Assembly (NCBI GenBank): GCA_034667725.1
Contig: JAXDQS010000001.1
Span: 96,001-160,000 of the forward strand
Source: Thermoplasmata archaeon
GTDB taxonomy: Archaea > Thermoplasmatota > E2 > JACPAO01 > JAHFTW01
Direction of reading: 5' to 3'
Length of the DNA: 64,000 nucleotides
The notes beneath the pieces were generated by a model. The model made no database searches. It was not told the origin of the DNA and saw nothing but the letters and a program-made list of their open reading frames with translations. The first letter of the stretch is position 1. The number at the start of each line of letters is the position of its first letter. Below are positions 61,548 to 64,000 of the stretch, piece by piece. Both the position numbers and the translations under genes were made by a program.

Positions 61548-61664
61548 ACCCCCAGGCACGTCCAAGGCCATGCGCCGCGTGCCGCGCTTTCCACGGACCC
61601 GCACGGGTCGGCAGCAGCGGTCCGAAGGTCACAACGTTCTAACCCCGAACGCAGATGTTCATGT

Positions 61665-62354
61665 ATGCACGAGCAGCAGCTGGAGCGGACGGAGGAGCGC
61701 GAGGCCATGCTCGCCGAGCTGGAGTCGGGCGGCTACCTCACGGACCCGCGCCTGGAGGAGGCCATGCTGGCCGTCCCCCGCCACCTGTTCGTGCCCAAGG
61801 AGCTGCGCGAGGCCGCCTACGAGGACCGTCCGCTGCCCATCGGCTTCGGCCAGACCGTCTCGGCGCCGCACATGGTGGCCATGATGACCAACGCCCTGCA
61901 GCTCGAGCCCGGCCAGAAGGTGCTGGAGGTCGGCACCGGCGTCGGCTACCACGCCGCCGTCGTCAAGGGCGTCGTCGGCGACAAGGGCCGCGTCGACTCC
62001 ATCGAGTTCCTGCCCGAGCTGGTGGAGCTGGCCCGCAAGAACCTCAAGGCCGCCAAGATCAAGGTCACGGTCCACGAGGGCGACGGCGCCAACGGCCTCC
62101 CCGACGGTGCCCCCTTCGACGCCATCTACGTCACGTGCGCGATTCCGGACGTCCCCCAGACGCTTGTGTCCCAGCTCAAGGACGGCGGCCACTTCGTGGC
62201 GCCCATCGGCATCACCCGCTGCCAGCTCATGGCGGGCCGCAAGGAAGGCGCCACCCTGACGCTGGAGGACCTGGGGCCGTGCCTGTTCGTCAACGCGCAA
62301 GGCGCGCTGGGCCAGGTCGGGGCTGGCGGCGACGCCGCTCCCGCCGAATCTTGA
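61665..62354 (+). CDS. pcm: Protein-L-isoaspartate O-methyltransferase
   Basis: VPRHLFV, AYEDRPLPIG.GQTVSAPHMV, VLEVGTG.GYHAA, GDG..G...APFDAI. Confidence 0.95.
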   Translation: MHEQQLERTEEREAMLAELESGGYLTDPRLEEAMLAVPRHLFVPKELREAAYEDRPLPIGFGQTVSAPHMVAMMTNALQLEPGQKVLEVGTGVGYHAAVVKGVVGDKGRVDSIEFLPELVELARKNLKAAKIKVTVHEGDGANGLPDGAPFDAIYVTCAIPDVPQTLVSQLKDGGHFVAPIGITRCQLMAGRKEGATLTLEDLGPCLFVNAQGALGQVGAGGDAAPAES

Positions 62355-62396
62355 GCCCAGCCCAAGGTTGAAGCGCCTCCCTCCTGTCGCCGCCGC

Positions 62397-64000
62397 GTGG
62401 CCCTGCTGAACCTCTCCAACACCCATGCGTTCTGGCAGGGGCGCGAGCCGGAGCCGCTGGCCGACCTCCACAAGCCGTCGTTCCTGGCGTTCCCGCGCGA
62501 CCCGAACGAGCCCATCCACAAGGCGCACGAGCGGCTGCTGGCCTTGGTCGAGGGCGCCCGCGGCGAGGACCCGGAGCGGACGGCGCTCGCCAAGGCCCAC
62601 AGCGTGCTGGAGCCGATCCGCTACAAGTCGTTCTGGAACCACGGCCAGTCGCGCGACGCCATCCCGGTGGCGGCCAAGCGCAGCTTCTGGGTGCCCGACA
62701 TCTCGGACGAGCTGTTCTTCCGGCACGGGTTCTACACCTGCGAGCACGACATCCCCTACACCGAGCGCGCCGCCGCCGACCTGGCCGCCGAGAAGGACTG
62801 GTGGCTGCTGGACTCCCACGGCCTGCCCAACAAGCTGTCGGTGCTGACCTACGACATCGAGACGACGCAGTACGGCAAGAACGGCAACCGCCCCGGCGCG
62901 TCGGTGCCCATCGACGTCATCGGCTACGCGGACTTCCCGGTCGAGTACGCCGCCCACAAGGACCTGGTGAACGAGCAGTTCGACTTCGAGTTCCGCCACC
63001 TGCCCGCCGACTGGGCCCAGCGCGAGGTCACGCAGCTCGTGGCGCACACGCCGGACCAGGAGATCGACAACCTGCAGCAGTTCACCGAGATGGCGGTGCG
63101 GCACGACATCGTCGCCGGCCACAACATCCTCGGCTTCGACAACAAGCAGATCCACGACCGCATCGTCGAGATCCTGCGCGCCGACCAGCGCAAGGGCACG
63201 CTGTCGCCCCGCACCCGCGAGTGGTTCCAGCGCTTCACCAACGTCTACTCGCGGCCCGACCGCAGCTTCCACTTCGGCACCCAGCAGGATATCGCCGTCT
63301 GGCACCCGCTCACGCTCGACACGTTCCACGCTGCGCGCAAGTTCTACTTCTACCACGACGACTTCACCCTCAAAGGCCTGGCGCCGTGGCTCGGCATCGA
63401 CGTGCCCGACCGTGTCCACATGGACGCGCACGACATGGCCCTCGACGCCAAGACCCTGCTCTACAACAAGCACGACGTCCAGGAGCAGATCGGCATCACC
63501 CAGATGCTCATCGCGCAGGCGCTGCCGCTGTGCTTCAACGTCAACCTCGCCCTCGACGACCTGCTCACGAGCGGCACCACCAAGATGTGGGACCATATGG
63601 CGTTCCTGCGCGCCCGCCGCGAGCGCCGCTTCATGCCCGCCACCTGCCGCGCGCAGGCGGTCGCGCGCGCCGTGCAGCGCGTGCTGCCGCACCGGCCGTT
63701 CCCGACCCGCGAGGAGGTCGCGGCCGCGTGCCTAGAGCTGCCGCCGGAGGAGCGCGCCACCTCGCAGAACAAGGAGTTCGTGCGCGTGGCCAAGCAGGGG
63801 CCCGAGATGCCGTTCTGGTGCGAGCATCCGGGTGTCATCGCGCGCAGCCAAGACAACGAGTCGGGCGACCCCGACGATCCGAACGGCTACGCCATCCCCG
63901 GCGGCATGACCCTCAAGCCGGACACGGAGCTGAAGTCCCACTTCGTGCCGTGGTTCCACGTCGTGGCGGCGGACGTCGGCGCCATGTACCCGACCATCCT
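62397..64000 (+). CDS. polB: Divergent family-B DNA polymerase, 5' part (runs off window; absent from ORF track)
   Basis: Open frame from GTG 62397: EHDIPY, ExoI YDIET, ExoII GHNILGFD, ExoIII YNKHDV, PGG, motif A AADVGAMYPTI. Confidence 0.8.
   Translation, partial: MALLNLSNTHAFWQGREPEPLADLHKPSFLAFPRDPNEPIHKAHERLLALVEGARGEDPERTALAKAHSVLEPIRYKSFWNHGQSRDAIPVAAKRSFWVPDISDELFFRHGFYTCEHDIPYTERAAADLAAEKDWWLLDSHGLPNKLSVLTYDIETTQYGKNGNRPGASVPIDVIGYADFPVEYAAHKDLVNEQFDFEFRHLPADWAQREVTQLVAHTPDQEIDNLQQFTEMAVRHDIVAGHNILGFDNKQIHDRIVEILRADQRKGTLSPRTREWFQRFTNVYSRPDRSFHFGTQQDIAVWHPLTLDTFHAARKFYFYHDDFTLKGLAPWLGIDVPDRVHMDAHDMALDAKTLLYNKHDVQEQIGITQMLIAQALPLCFNVNLALDDLLTSGTTKMWDHMAFLRARRERRFMPATCRAQAVARAVQRVLPHRPFPTREEVAAACLELPPEERATSQNKEFVRVAKQGPEMPFWCEHPGVIARSQDNESGDPDDPNGYAIPGGMTLKPDTELKSHFVPWFHVVAADVGAMYPTI

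Noticed and set aside
60241-61660. Replication origin (ORB boxes) next to cdc6
   Set aside because: Flanking intergenic regions are short and GC-rich; no repeated TTCCAxxGGAAA boxes or AT-rich unwinding element seen

Overview
Very GC-rich (about 70-75% by eye) archaeal chromosomal segment, most like a Thermoplasmatota/euryarchaeal lineage. Diagnostic archaeal genes: EF-1alpha (tuf)-rps10, rpl15e, archaeal AlaRS, RFC large subunit, Cdc6/Orc1, NucS, a RecJ/GAN-type DHH nuclease, RtcB, PdxS and a divergent family-B DNA polymerase that runs off the right edge. These are interleaved with many secreted or surface proteins: a ~3,390-aa Calx-beta/Ig-repeat adhesin, three tandem paralogues combining an expansin-D2/CBM63-like module with 7-bladed FG-GAP propellers, lipoproteins and several C-terminally anchored proteins. 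Small bacterial-type genes (DUF1801 x3, DUF2934, DUF1272, DUF1330, a hybrid histidine kinase) are also present. Best candidates for undescribed biology: (1) an adjacent proteasome beta/alpha pair with a propeptide-less beta and a highly divergent alpha with an altered gate, probably a second, specialised 20S-like protease; (2) a dedicated archaeosortase next to a single target ending in a VPFFPS sorting motif; (3) the expansin-like/FG-GAP adhesin array; (4) a translationally coupled secreted-protein / TM-TPR / double-wHTH signalling operon; (5) an unannotated 34-aa histone-H1-like lysine-rich peptide; (6) short palindromic inserts that duplicate gene ends, including a displaced alternative alaS C-terminus. 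No rRNA, tRNA, CRISPR array or transposase was recognised. All family calls come from motifs read by eye, not from database searches.
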